The position numbers and the translations under genes were made by a program. From Candidatus Micrarchaeota archaeon (GTDB taxonomy: Archaea; Iainarchaeota; Iainarchaeia; Iainarchaeales; JAGVWC01), in assembly GCA_043803815.1 (NCBI GenBank), contig JAZDJR010000002.1, forward strand, positions 1-11,610: DNA of 11,610 nt, written 5' to 3'. Under the pieces are notes generated by a model. The model saw nothing but the letters and a program-made list of their open reading frames with translations, did no database searches and was not told where the DNA came from. Of the stretch, positions 1-8,226 are shown in pieces; positions within the stretch are counted from its first letter, which is position 1, and every line of letters begins with the position of its first letter.

Positions 1-1
1 A

Positions 2-56
2 GTCTCCTGTCGCGTTACCAAAGGCGGGGCTTTGCCCCGCCGCGCGCGACAGAGAC
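2..56. repeat. GC-rich extended inverted repeat/stem-loop of unknown function
   Basis: GTCT(2-5)/AGAC(53-56), CTGTCGCG(7-14)/CGCGACAG(45-52) and inner GGCGGGGC(23-30)-TTT-GCCCCGCC(34-41) are complementary. It may continue beyond the window edge. Confidence 0.75.
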
Positions 57-83
57 GAAAAAGAAATTTCACATTAAAAAATA

Positions 84-401
84 GTGCGACCGTTCATCTG
101 CTGGCCTTTCAGTCCAGCAGCATTCTCGGCCGCCTGCGTAACGATTCCAGTAACCCAAAAAGAATTGAGCAATCTGGAAAACGGAACCCTGTGCTGGAAC
201 CATTGCCCAAAACACAAAGGGTTTTTGGGGGCAACCGAGGAAGATTTTTTTCGCTTTACCCAAAAATGCAAAAAATGCCGCGACATAAACGGAAAAATCC
301 GCAACAGCAACCTTCATTTGTGGAGCAAGCTTTTAACCCAATTTCTCAAGGCAACCCAAAAGAAAAAAACCAAGCGAAAATCACGGTTTAAACGCAGTTA
401 A
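84..401 (+). CDS. Small Cys-rich, basic-tailed hypothetical protein (possible metal-binding)
   Basis: 105-aa GTG-start ORF with CWNHC and CKKC pairs and a K/R-rich tail. Codon usage (AAA, ACC, AAC, GAA, CGC) resembles neighbouring genes, and it ends just before the next promoter. The start is uncertain. Confidence 0.5.
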   Translation: MRPFICWPFSPAAFSAACVTIPVTQKELSNLENGTLCWNHCPKHKGFLGATEEDFFRFTQKCKKCRDINGKIRNSNLHLWSKLLTQFLKATQKKKTKRKSRFKRS

Positions 402-412
402 ACCCGAACGTC

Positions 413-418
413 TTTTTA
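413..418 (+). promoter_or_regulatory. Putative TATA box (TTTTTA) for the HTH regulator, leaderless-type spacing
   Basis: TTTTTA ends 24 nt before ATG 443. The same spacing recurs at fen and pan. Confidence 0.45.
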
Positions 419-442
419 TTCCAAATCAGGCAATAGTAGCTA

Positions 443-1372
443 ATGCGCCCCGCCTTGTTTGAAAAAGTGGCCTTGTCCTTTAACCGCCACGGCTTTAGCG
501 TCAGTTCGTTTAACGAATTCAACAGCTGTTTTGATCTGGCGGCCCGAAAACAAAACGAGTTTTTTTTAGTCAAGGTGCTGGAGAACGCGGATGGGTTTCG
601 GGAAGAAAACTGCCAAGAACTCCAAAAAATCGCGGGTTTTTTCGGCGCAACACCGCTATTAATCGCCGAGAAAACCAAATCCGCGGAACTGGTCCTTGGA
701 GTGGTTTATGAGCGCTACTCGGTTCCGGTTTTAAGCGGTGCAACCTTGGACCAGATGCTTTCCAACCAAAGCGTTTACCAAAAATCGTTTCGCGGAACCG
801 TAACCGTGGAACTCGATTCGCGATTATTAAAGCAAAAACGAAAACAAACCGGCTTTTCCCTCGAAGAACTCGCCAATCAAATCGGCGCGAGTTCCCAAAC
901 GATTCACCGCTACGAACAAGGACGACCCGCGGATCTGGACTTGGCGCATAAGCTTGAAACCATATTGCAAACCCCGTTAATCCGCCAGGTCACGATTTCA
1001 GGCCTGCAAAAACGAAACCCCGCGTTGTTTGACGAATCGTTTTCCAACCCGGTTCTGGAAAAAATACACGATTTGGGATTAAACATGATAGACCTGCACC
1101 ACTCCCCTTTTCGCGCGATTGGAAAACCCCGCGAACCGGTTTTAATCAACCTCGCGAACCAAAAAAAAGACGCGACCCAAAAAGCGATTATTTTGGAAAA
1201 AACCAGGAACATTTTTCACGGCCACGGCGTGGTCATTTCCAAAGAAACCGTTTCCAGCACAATCCACCACACCCCTGTGATTGCCGAAGAAGAACTGGAG
1301 TCCTACACCAAAATCCGGCAGTTGCTGGAAGAAATAAAAAACCGCGAAGACCAGCCGAAAAAAAAGAAATAA
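443..1372 (+). CDS. Archaeal putative HTH-type transcriptional regulator (COG1395-like)
   Basis: N-terminal CFDLAARK...LVKVLENAD segment, VYERYSVP motif and a central Xre/Cro HTH (LKQKRKQTGFSLEELANQIGASSQTIHRYEQG), as in the ~310-aa archaeal family. Confidence 0.88.
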   Translation: MRPALFEKVALSFNRHGFSVSSFNEFNSCFDLAARKQNEFFLVKVLENADGFREENCQELQKIAGFFGATPLLIAEKTKSAELVLGVVYERYSVPVLSGATLDQMLSNQSVYQKSFRGTVTVELDSRLLKQKRKQTGFSLEELANQIGASSQTIHRYEQGRPADLDLAHKLETILQTPLIRQVTISGLQKRNPALFDESFSNPVLEKIHDLGLNMIDLHHSPFRAIGKPREPVLINLANQKKDATQKAIILEKTRNIFHGHGVVISKETVSSTIHHTPVIAEEELESYTKIRQLLEEIKNREDQPKKKK

Positions 1373-1412
1373 AAAAAGATTTAACCAAAATTAGATAAAA
1401 AAAACCACGATT

Positions 1413-2066
1413 ATGAACTTTGATTTGCAGCGCAAAAGACTACTCAGCGAACTGGAAACCGAAGGGTTTTCACGCCCTGTTTTGGACGCGTTTGAAGCAA
1501 TTCCGCGCGAAAAATTCGTTCCCGAACATCTGGCGCAAAGCGCGTACGTGGACGAAGCGCTTTCCATCGGACTTGGACAGACCATTTCGCAACCATCCAC
1601 GATTGCCAGAATGCTTGAATTATTGCTTGTTTTTCCTGGGCAAAAAGTCTTGGAAGTCGGAAGCGGATGCGGATACGCAAGCGCCCTGCTTTCCCATATG
1701 GTTGGAGAACACGGAAAAGTGTTTGGGATTGAACTGCTAAAAGAACTGGCCAAGCAATCCAAAACCAACTTGAAAAACGCGGAAATAAAAAACGTTGAAA
1801 TCGTGCAAGGCGACGGAACCAAAGGATTGCCCCAAAACGGCCCGTTTGACCGAATACTCGTCAGCGCGGCTTGTCCGTTCATTCCCAAGGCATTGTTTGA
1901 CCAGTTAAGCGAAAAAGGAATCGCGGTTGCACCCGTCGGAGACCCTGGTTTTCAGGTGCTGACGGTTTTGCAAAAAGTGAATGGAAAGCCCGTTAAAAAA
2001 GAATTTTCGGAAGGATATTTTGTGTTTGTTCCATTGCTGGGCTCTTATTCCAAAAAGATTTTATAA
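1413..2066 (+). CDS. pcm: Protein-L-isoaspartate(D-aspartate) O-methyltransferase
   Basis: IPREKFVP, AYVDEALSIGLGQTISQP, SAM motif VLEVGSGCGY, GDGTKG, PFDRILVSAA and FVPLLG. Confidence 0.96.
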   Translation: MNFDLQRKRLLSELETEGFSRPVLDAFEAIPREKFVPEHLAQSAYVDEALSIGLGQTISQPSTIARMLELLLVFPGQKVLEVGSGCGYASALLSHMVGEHGKVFGIELLKELAKQSKTNLKNAEIKNVEIVQGDGTKGLPQNGPFDRILVSAACPFIPKALFDQLSEKGIAVAPVGDPGFQVLTVLQKVNGKPVKKEFSEGYFVFVPLLGSYSKKIL

Positions 2067-2106
2067 CTAAAAAAAACCAATAGCAAAATAATTAATTTTT
2101 GTAGCG

Positions 2107-2211
2107 ATTTTATTTTGATTTTGTTCAGGGTTTTGGCGACACGGCATTTTTATTTTCGGTTTTTTTCAGGATTTTGGCGAAAAAGATTGTTTATTTTTAA
2201 TTTTTTCAGGA
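2107..2211. repeat. Imperfect ~40-bp tandem repeat (about 2.5 copies) between convergent pcm and fen
   Basis: TTCAGG at 2124, 2165 and 2205, each preceded by TTTATTTT, and TTTTGGCGA at 2131 and 2172. Confidence 0.65.
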
Positions 2212-3231
2212 CCATGCGCTGAGAGAGGATTGTTTTCCTTTTTCGTTGAATTTGTCCTCGAGTTTTTTGGCTACGCTTAATACGCGTTCCTTGGAAAAGT
2301 CGTGCTCGTCCACTAAAAACTTTACGATGCCGTCCACGTCGGGCTTTGAAAAGTCCAGTGCAAAGTCGGTTGCGTATTCGGCTTTCAAAAAAAGGTCTTC
2401 GATTTCCCGGTAATTAAAATTCGGGGAATAGTTGGTCGCTTGGATGATTTCTTCGAAAGAATCGTGCTCTTTGACCAGTTTTATCGCGGTTTTGGGTCCG
2501 ATTTTGGGGAATTTTTCGTTAAAATCGGTTCCGACGAGAATCGAAAGCCAAATCAGTTTTTTGCGGTCGATTTGAAGTTCGGCTAATACCTTGTTCAGTT
2601 CGATGATTTCAGGTTCGACATCGATGTAAACGTTTCGTCCGGGAAGTTTTCGCTTTCCTGAAAATGTCAGGTTGCGCACCAATCGCGGACAGCCGAACAA
2701 CAGGGAGTCAAAGTCCTGGGAAACTCCGGCAAACAATTCGCCTTTTTGGACCATCATGGATAACTGGGCTTCGCCTTCGGAAGGGGCCTGCACAACCGGA
2801 AAACCCATTAATTTGGCAAGTTCTTTGGCTTCATCCACCATTTCGTGTTTTAAGTGGCTGGACATGGACGCGTATTTTTTGGCGGATTCCAAATCCCCCG
2901 CTTCCAAAGAGTCTTTTGCTTTTTGGGCGGCGTTCGTTCGCACTTCCATTCTGGCGGCAATGGTTTTGCTTTTGAGTTCGTGGTGTTTTCCGTCAAAAAC
3001 AAAAACCGGCTTGATGTTTTTGTCCACCAGATTCGCGGTGCGGTACAAAAGTCCGGTGAGATGCGAAGTGACTCTTCCTTTGGAATCCGTCAAAGGTTCG
3101 CCATCGGGGCCTCGGATGTTGGCCAAAAACTGGTATAAAATATTAAACGAGTCAAAGCCGACTTTTTGGTCTTTTAACTCGCCTAAATCAAGCTTGCGGC
3201 GATTAATCAGTTCGCCAATCGGAGTTCCCAT
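2206..3231 (-). CDS. fen: Flap endonuclease 1 (341 aa; start revised from 3336 to ATG 3231)
   Basis: MGTPIG N-terminus, LYQFLANIR, PVFVFDG, APSEGEAQ, SQDFDSLLFG, LVGTDFN, IGPKTA and a C-terminal PIP box QSSLSAW. The 35-aa extension overlaps the upstream gene and is unlike FEN1. Confidence 0.97.
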   Translation of the reverse strand: MGTPIGELINRRKLDLGELKDQKVGFDSFNILYQFLANIRGPDGEPLTDSKGRVTSHLTGLLYRTANLVDKNIKPVFVFDGKHHELKSKTIAARMEVRTNAAQKAKDSLEAGDLESAKKYASMSSHLKHEMVDEAKELAKLMGFPVVQAPSEGEAQLSMMVQKGELFAGVSQDFDSLLFGCPRLVRNLTFSGKRKLPGRNVYIDVEPEIIELNKVLAELQIDRKKLIWLSILVGTDFNEKFPKIGPKTAIKLVKEHDSFEEIIQATNYSPNFNYREIEDLFLKAEYATDFALDFSKPDVDGIVKFLVDEHDFSKERVLSVAKKLEDKFNEKGKQSSLSAWS

Positions 3232-3254
3232 GGCAAAATAAGGCAAGCAAAAAG

Positions 3255-3261
3255 TAAAAAA
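3255..3261 (-). promoter_or_regulatory. Putative TATA box for fen
   Basis: TTTTTTA on the minus strand ends 23 nt before ATG 3231. Confidence 0.45.
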
Positions 3262-3269
3262 GGTGCTAC

Positions 3270-3851
3270 CTAAGCCTTTACAATACCAACAAAACAAACG
3301 GTTTGGTTGGAATCGGTTGGGAAATCGAGGGGACAATATACCGTTTCTTGTGAAATTCCAAGGTTTAAGTTTTCAATAGTGCTTTTAAAATTTCCTGAAT
3401 TTTTGTCGCAATAAACAACAATTTTGGCGGTTGAATGGCTGATACTGCACAGGTTAAAAGAATTTTCCATATTTTTCAAAAACACAACTTGATTGCCGGT
3501 TCCAATATAACGCATTGCAACAAGGTCAGGATTATTAGTTGTATTAAAAAAAGAAAAGTCGTTTTTCATGGTATTATCAAATGCAAGGCAAATATTCTTC
3601 AGCGGTATGCTTAGATTCGACCCCCCAACAGTATTCGAAAGAACATCGGCACGAATTATACTATAAACTACCCTTGACTCTAAAACTCCCAGATTAATTG
3701 AAGCGGAAAATATCGCGTCGCGAGCCAAAATTGCGGGTTTAGCAGACCAATCGTTTGATGCTTGAAGGAACAATTGAAAACCGCAGGTTGCACCAAGAAT
3801 AAGTACAACTACCGCAATCAAAACAAAGGCAACCCAGATTTTTTTGTCCAC
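3270..3851 (-). CDS. Hypothetical N-terminally anchored/exported protein
   Basis: 193 aa with a GTG start 15 bp after the pan stop and an SD-like AAGTGAT between them. It has MDKK plus a hydrophobic helix, an Asn/Ser-rich ectodomain with 5 Cys, and sequons NLS, NTT and NQT. Confidence 0.8.
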   Translation of the reverse strand: MDKKIWVAFVLIAVVVLILGATCGFQLFLQASNDWSAKPAILARDAIFSASINLGVLESRVVYSIIRADVLSNTVGGSNLSIPLKNICLAFDNTMKNDFSFFNTTNNPDLVAMRYIGTGNQVVFLKNMENSFNLCSISHSTAKIVVYCDKNSGNFKSTIENLNLGISQETVYCPLDFPTDSNQTVCFVGIVKA

Positions 3852-3866
3852 GGAACATCACTTGCA

Positions 3867-5081
3867 CTAAGCAAACATTTTTTCAGGCGTTTTGGTTTCT
3901 GCGTCGGCATTGTTGTGCTTGTCCCTGATTTTTTCAATGGCTTTTTGGAAATGCTCGGTCTGCACTTTGCCTGCTTTTTCGCGCAAGGCAAAAAAGCCCG
4001 CTTCCATGCACGCATTTTTCAGGTCCGCGCCGCTAAAATCCAAAGTGTCGGTTCCAAGCTTTGAAAAATCGATTTTGGACGAAATGTTCATTTTTTTGGA
4101 ATGGATTTTCAAAATGGTTTCGCGCGCTTCGGTATTGGGCAAGGGAATTTTTACGATTCTGTCAAAGCGGCCGGGGCGAAGCAAAGCCGAATCAATCATA
4201 TCGAGGCGATTGGTTGCACCTAAAATCGCGATTCCTTTTCGGTCCTTAAAACCGTCCATTTCAGACAATAATTGCATCAAAGTCCTTTGAACTTCGCGGT
4301 CTCCGCCGCTGTCAAAATCCCCGCGATGTCCGCCAATGGCATCCAGTTCGTCGATAAAAATAATCGCGGGTTTTTTTTCTTTTGCAAGGGCGAAAACTTC
4401 GCGCACCATTCGGCTTCCTTCGCCAATATATTTTTTCACGAGTTCGGAACCCGTCAAATTGATAAAAGCCGCGTTGGTCTTGTTGGCGAGTGCTTTGGCA
4501 AGCAATGTTTTTCCAGTTCCGGGAGAACCGTTCAGTAAAACCCCGTTGGGCGGGGAAATTCCGAGTTTTTCAAACCGTTCGGGTTCAAGGAGCGGCCAGA
4601 CAACGGCTTCTTCCAGTTCTACCCGCGCGTGTTCAAGCCCGCCGATTTGTTCGAACGAAACATCGGGTTTGGCTAAAATTTCAAAGGCGTGAACTTCCCA
4701 GTCTTTGGAGTCGGGCAATTGCTGGATAATGCCAAGGCTGCGCTGCGCCATGGCTACGCGCGAACCCACTTTTAGTTTTCCGCGGAAGTCTTCGGGAATG
4801 GAAACCAAAAATTCGTTTCCGTTCCAGATGCGGATAACCGCGGAATCGCTATTAATAATTTCCTGTATCTGGCCGACCAAAGAAGGAACGCTTTTGAGTT
4901 CGCCGAGTTCTTTTCGCAGGCGGTTTAATTCGAATTCCTGCTGGTAAAACCTTGCCGTTAAGGATTCGCGCTCGATTTGCAAGGTTCGCAGCTGGCGCTC
5001 AAGCTCCATTGAAAAAGGCGGCCTGTACTCGTCTTTTGGTTCGCCCATTTTTTTAGCGCGTTCCAAAACATCGTCCAGCAT
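3867..5081 (-). CDS. pan: Proteasome-activating nucleotidase (AAA+ ATPase; 404 aa; start revised to ATG 5081)
   Basis: N-terminal coiled coil and OB region, IGGL, Walker A GSPGTGKT, pore loop KYIGEG, Walker B IIFIDELD, EVQRTLMQLL, LLRPGRFDR and an HbYX-like C-terminus MFA. Confidence 0.95.
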   Translation of the reverse strand: MLDDVLERAKKMGEPKDEYRPPFSMELERQLRTLQIERESLTARFYQQEFELNRLRKELGELKSVPSLVGQIQEIINSDSAVIRIWNGNEFLVSIPEDFRGKLKVGSRVAMAQRSLGIIQQLPDSKDWEVHAFEILAKPDVSFEQIGGLEHARVELEEAVVWPLLEPERFEKLGISPPNGVLLNGSPGTGKTLLAKALANKTNAAFINLTGSELVKKYIGEGSRMVREVFALAKEKKPAIIFIDELDAIGGHRGDFDSGGDREVQRTLMQLLSEMDGFKDRKGIAILGATNRLDMIDSALLRPGRFDRIVKIPLPNTEARETILKIHSKKMNISSKIDFSKLGTDTLDFSGADLKNACMEAGFFALREKAGKVQTEHFQKAIEKIRDKHNNADAETKTPEKMFA

Positions 5082-5104
5082 GCAATAAACTGGCAAAAAA
5101 AGGG

Positions 5105-5111
5105 TTAAAAA
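5105..5111 (-). promoter_or_regulatory. Putative TATA box for pan
   Basis: TTTTTAA on the minus strand ends 23 nt before ATG 5081. Confidence 0.5.
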
Positions 5112-5197
5112 CAAGTGCTTCCACAATCATTTTCGTTGGAAAGTCAAAAACCGAATCAAAACCGAACTTCTAAAAGGACAATTTTGGGAAAACTTGT

Positions 5198-6733
5198 ATG
5201 CGTCATCATTCCAAACAGCCGTTTTCGTACGAAACCGCGGTGTTTGCAACCGTCACCCTGATTTTAATCGGAATCGCGTTTGCTCCTTTTGACATCGGCG
5301 GTTACCGCCTGCTTGCGGACCTAATTTTGTTTGCTGTTGCCACCACGTGGATTGTCCGGGCTTTTTTTCACAAAAAATTCTGGGTTTTTTCGGTTATGGA
5401 ACCGAGGGGAATTTTTTATTTTTTAGGCTCGGTTTTCGAAACTACGCATTTTAATTCCCAATTCGACAAACTCAAACACCACAAAATATTGGATTTGCTT
5501 TGCGAACTGGGAACGGTTGCGGGCTTCGGCGCGGTGGGAGTGGATTTTTTTTGGGGTTCCAAACTCAAAAAAAAATCGCACAGAGTTTTATTATTTATTA
5601 TTTCTGTAATTATTTTGGGCTGGTTATTTGGATTTTTGCTGAACACTAATCCTTTGGGAAATCCGCTGGCTAAAGGAGACGCGGTTTTTTACCAGTTCTT
5701 TTTCGGATTGTTCGGCCTCGCCGGATTTTTGATTTACGCTTTGTTCGCGCAAGCATTGGATATTTTGGTCAAAACTTTTTCCGGAGTGCGGGCTTGCCCA
5801 GGAGTCGCACCGGTCCTTCCCGGAATCCAGACTCCCAATGTCCCGATTTTTATTCCCGTTGAAGCGTGGCTGTCCATTCTTGCGATTTTGATTATTCACG
5901 AGGCTTCGCACGGGTTTTTGAGCCGCCGGCACAATGTTCCGGTCGAATCCAGCGGATTATTGCTGTTCGGGATTTTGCCGATTGGCGCGTTTGTCAAGCC
6001 GGATGAAAAAAAACTTGGGGAAATCAACCACAAAAACCAGGTCCGAGTTTATTCCGCGGGACCAACGAGCAATTTAGTGTCCATGATAATCGTAGCCATT
6101 CTCGCGATTGCAATTGCGGGGTTCATTATCAATCCGACCTTGGGAGCTGCCATTGACAAGAACAACCGCGACGCGACGTTAAGCGTCCAGATTACAAAAA
6201 TCGAAAAAGAATTCGATTTGTGCGGAGAAAAATATCCTTCGCCGGCGTATGGCGCGCTGGATGAGAACAGCACGATTGTCAAAATCAACGACAAGCCGAT
6301 TGCCACGCTTTCGGATGCGCTAAACGCCTTGCGTAGTAATCCCAGCGAACCCAAAACATTTTTGCTTCAAAAAAACGGGCAAGTTACCCAAAAAACGCTT
6401 TCACCCAATGCCTTGGGCCGTTTTGGAATCAACGTGAAGGCCATTCAAAATCCCCAGCACACCACTTCCCTTTCGCTTAAAATCGAGTCTTATGCCTACG
6501 GATTTGTTTCCAGCGTCACGTTCTGGTTTGTATTCCTGTCATTTTTAGTCGCGATTGCAAACTTCATGCCCTTTGGACCAATTGACGGAGGGCGGATGGT
6601 TGTTTTGCTTTGCCAGCCCTACTTTGGATGGCTAAACATGAACGAACAGCAAACCCAAACATTCATTCGAAGGCTGTTTTACTGGATACTGATACCGCTG
6701 ATTCTGATTAACGCGCTACCGATAATTTTGTAA
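5198..6733 (+). CDS. Site-2 protease (peptidase M50 intramembrane metalloprotease) with PDZ-like insert
   Basis: HEASH zinc motif in a TM helix, PIGAFVKPDE, AGPTSN, a soluble PDZ-like segment (SPAYGAL...IVKIND) and NFMPFGPIDGG (NxxPxxxxDG). Confidence 0.93.
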   Translation: MRHHSKQPFSYETAVFATVTLILIGIAFAPFDIGGYRLLADLILFAVATTWIVRAFFHKKFWVFSVMEPRGIFYFLGSVFETTHFNSQFDKLKHHKILDLLCELGTVAGFGAVGVDFFWGSKLKKKSHRVLLFIISVIILGWLFGFLLNTNPLGNPLAKGDAVFYQFFFGLFGLAGFLIYALFAQALDILVKTFSGVRACPGVAPVLPGIQTPNVPIFIPVEAWLSILAILIIHEASHGFLSRRHNVPVESSGLLLFGILPIGAFVKPDEKKLGEINHKNQVRVYSAGPTSNLVSMIIVAILAIAIAGFIINPTLGAAIDKNNRDATLSVQITKIEKEFDLCGEKYPSPAYGALDENSTIVKINDKPIATLSDALNALRSNPSEPKTFLLQKNGQVTQKTLSPNALGRFGINVKAIQNPQHTTSLSLKIESYAYGFVSSVTFWFVFLSFLVAIANFMPFGPIDGGRMVVLLCQPYFGWLNMNEQQTQTFIRRLFYWILIPLILINALPIIL

Positions 6734-6778
6734 ATTAAAAACGAATTTTTAGAAATTGGTTTAGCAGTTATCCGAACT

Positions 6779-6821
6779 TCCGCCGGTTCCCCCATGAAAT
6801 GGGGCTGCGCGGGCTGTTTTT
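6779..6821 (+). terminator. Bulged GC-rich hairpin plus short T tract, possible terminator of the M50 gene
   Basis: TCCGC/GCGGG, CGG/CTG and CCCCAT-GAA-ATGGGG stems followed by CTGTTTTT. Confidence 0.35.
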
Positions 6822-6838
6822 CGTATAAGTGGGCGTTT

Positions 6839-6877
6839 AAAAAAAGTAAAAAAAAAGGTTTGGGGAAAAGTTTCCCC
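6839..6877 (-). terminator. Hairpin plus oligo-T terminator of ftsZ
   Basis: GGGGAA...TTCCCC stem (6862-6877) followed on the minus strand by T9-AC-T7, about 40 nt after the ftsZ stop. Confidence 0.55.
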
Positions 6878-6919
6878 GGACAAAAATTAATTCTTTTTGT
6901 TTACGATGGGGTGTAAAAA

Positions 6920-8011
6920 TTATATGTATCCGAGTTTGAGCTCTCCGGTTTTTCCGAATCCCGACCGGGTGCCGCCGCTTTTTCCGCCGGCCGCTCCCAT
7001 GGGTTCTCCGCGAATGTACGGCGAGTGGACTCCGGTGAAAATCGAAATGACTTCGATTTTGTTTTCAAAGGTCGGGTCGACTCTGGCTCCCCAAATCACG
7101 CTTGCTTTGGGGTCGATTCTTTCGGTCAGCATTTCGCCGACCGCGTTTGCTTCGCCCAAAGTGAGTTCGGGTCCGCCCGTAATGTGAATCAGGCAGCCGC
7201 TGGCTCCGCCGATGTCAACGTCCAACAAGGCGTTGGAAAGAGTGTCTTCGACTACTTCGTTGACTTTGTCAACGGACTTGGATTCGCCGACTGCGATTAC
7301 GGACAAGCCTTTGTTGCTCATCACGCTGCGCACATCCGCGTAGTCCAGGTTAATCAGGGAAGGCTGGGTAATGGTTTCGGTGATTCCGCGGACGGTTCGC
7401 GCGACGACTTCGTCGGCAACCTTAAACGCGTCCTGCATGGGCAGGTTAGGCACGAGTTCGACCAAGCGGTTGTTGTCGATGACAACAACGGTGTCGGTTA
7501 CTTTTCGCAAGGTTTCGATTCCTTCTTCTGCTTTAATGATTCTTGCGCGTTCCAAAGCGAACGGATAGGTAACCATGGCGATTACGATTGCGCCTTGCTC
7601 TTTGGCAATGCCTGCGATGATGGGGGCTGCTCCGGTTCCGGTTCCGCCGCCCATTCCGACAGACAAAAACAGCATGTCAACGCCGGACAGCACTTCTTCG
7701 AGTGCCGCGCGCGAAACTTCGGCCGCTTTTGCTCCGATTTCGGGGTATCCGCCGGCACCAAGTCCGCGGGTAACGCTTTTTCCGATTAAGATTTTGGTTA
7801 ATTCGTCGTTAATGATAGCCAAGTGCTGCTTGTCCGTGTTGACGGCAACCAATTGGGTACCCGGCGCGCCCATGTTGGCCAAGCGGTTGACAGTGTTGCA
7901 TCCCGCACCGCCGACTCCGATAACCATGATTTTGGGTGTACCGAATTCTTCGATTTTGTCTTCGGCAACGGCGTGGGTTTTGTCCATTGCTCCTTCAATC
8001 ATTGACTTCAT
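6920..8011 (-). CDS. ftsZ: Cell division protein FtsZ, archaeal FtsZ2 type
   Basis: GVGGAGCN, NTDKQHL, GLGAGG, tubulin signature GMGGGTGTG, ETITQPSLINLDYAD and VIWGAR. FGTPKI, DKQHL and NLDYAD match the FtsZ2 clade as I recall it. Confidence 0.97.
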   Translation of the reverse strand: MKSMIEGAMDKTHAVAEDKIEEFGTPKIMVIGVGGAGCNTVNRLANMGAPGTQLVAVNTDKQHLAIINDELTKILIGKSVTRGLGAGGYPEIGAKAAEVSRAALEEVLSGVDMLFLSVGMGGGTGTGAAPIIAGIAKEQGAIVIAMVTYPFALERARIIKAEEGIETLRKVTDTVVVIDNNRLVELVPNLPMQDAFKVADEVVARTVRGITETITQPSLINLDYADVRSVMSNKGLSVIAVGESKSVDKVNEVVEDTLSNALLDVDIGGASGCLIHITGGPELTLGEANAVGEMLTERIDPKASVIWGARVDPTFENKIEVISIFTGVHSPYIRGEPMGAAGGKSGGTRSGFGKTGELKLGYI

Positions 8012-8016
8012 TTTTT

Positions 8017-8023
8017 CTCCTCC
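8017..8023 (-). promoter_or_regulatory. Shine-Dalgarno sequence for ftsZ
   Basis: GGAGGAG 5 nt upstream of ATG 8011. Confidence 0.8.
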
Positions 8024-8047
8024 ATATAAAAAAAAGTGAACTGCAAC

Positions 8048-8072
8048 TATTACGACCTAAGTAATATATATA
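8048..8072 (-). promoter_or_regulatory. Putative ftsZ TATA box overlapped by palindrome TATTAC-N7-GTAATA
   Basis: An alternating TA run at 8064-8072 and a perfect 6-bp inverted repeat at 8048-8053/8061-8066. Confidence 0.45.
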
Positions 8073-8226
8073 GTCGAGCTTTCAAAGGACCTAAAATACA
8101 TCTCAAAACAAAAAGAAAGGATAATTAACACTCGGAATCGAAAACAGGGTTTGTTAATCGAACAAATTGCTTAACTATACATAAAAAAAGTAATCGGGGA
8201 GTAGCAAATGCTTATTTTTAGAAACT

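Noticed and set aside
32-391. 119-aa ORF overlapping 84..401, and minus-strand ORFs 69..317 and 74..310
   Set aside because: These are alternative frames with less protein-like composition. 84..401 fits local codon usage better, though this is not proven.
2107-2211. Possible degenerate CRISPR array
   Set aside because: The period is only about 40 bp, there are no unique spacers, the units are imperfect and no cas genes are present.
3232-3336. 35-aa N-terminal extension of FEN1
   Set aside because: It overlaps the upstream gene. FEN1 proteins begin MG, and a TATA-like box precedes ATG 3231.
3867-3878. PAN C-terminus MFA instead of a strict Hb-Y-X
   Set aside because: Phe at the penultimate position is a known variation among archaeal PANs.
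5082-5126. 15-aa N-terminal extension of PAN
   Set aside because: It spans the likely TATA box, and ATG 5081 fits the promoter spacing.
6779-6813. Archaeal SECIS-like hairpin (GAA bulge on the minus strand)
   Set aside because: The GAA is on the 3' arm rather than the 5' arm, and the flanking genes have no in-frame UGA.
7025-8039. Long antisense ORFs over ftsZ (254 aa and 154 aa), and similar shadows over pcm, fen, pan, kbl and the antiporter
   Set aside because: They are explained by codon bias of well-conserved genes on the other strand or frame, with no recognisable motifs.
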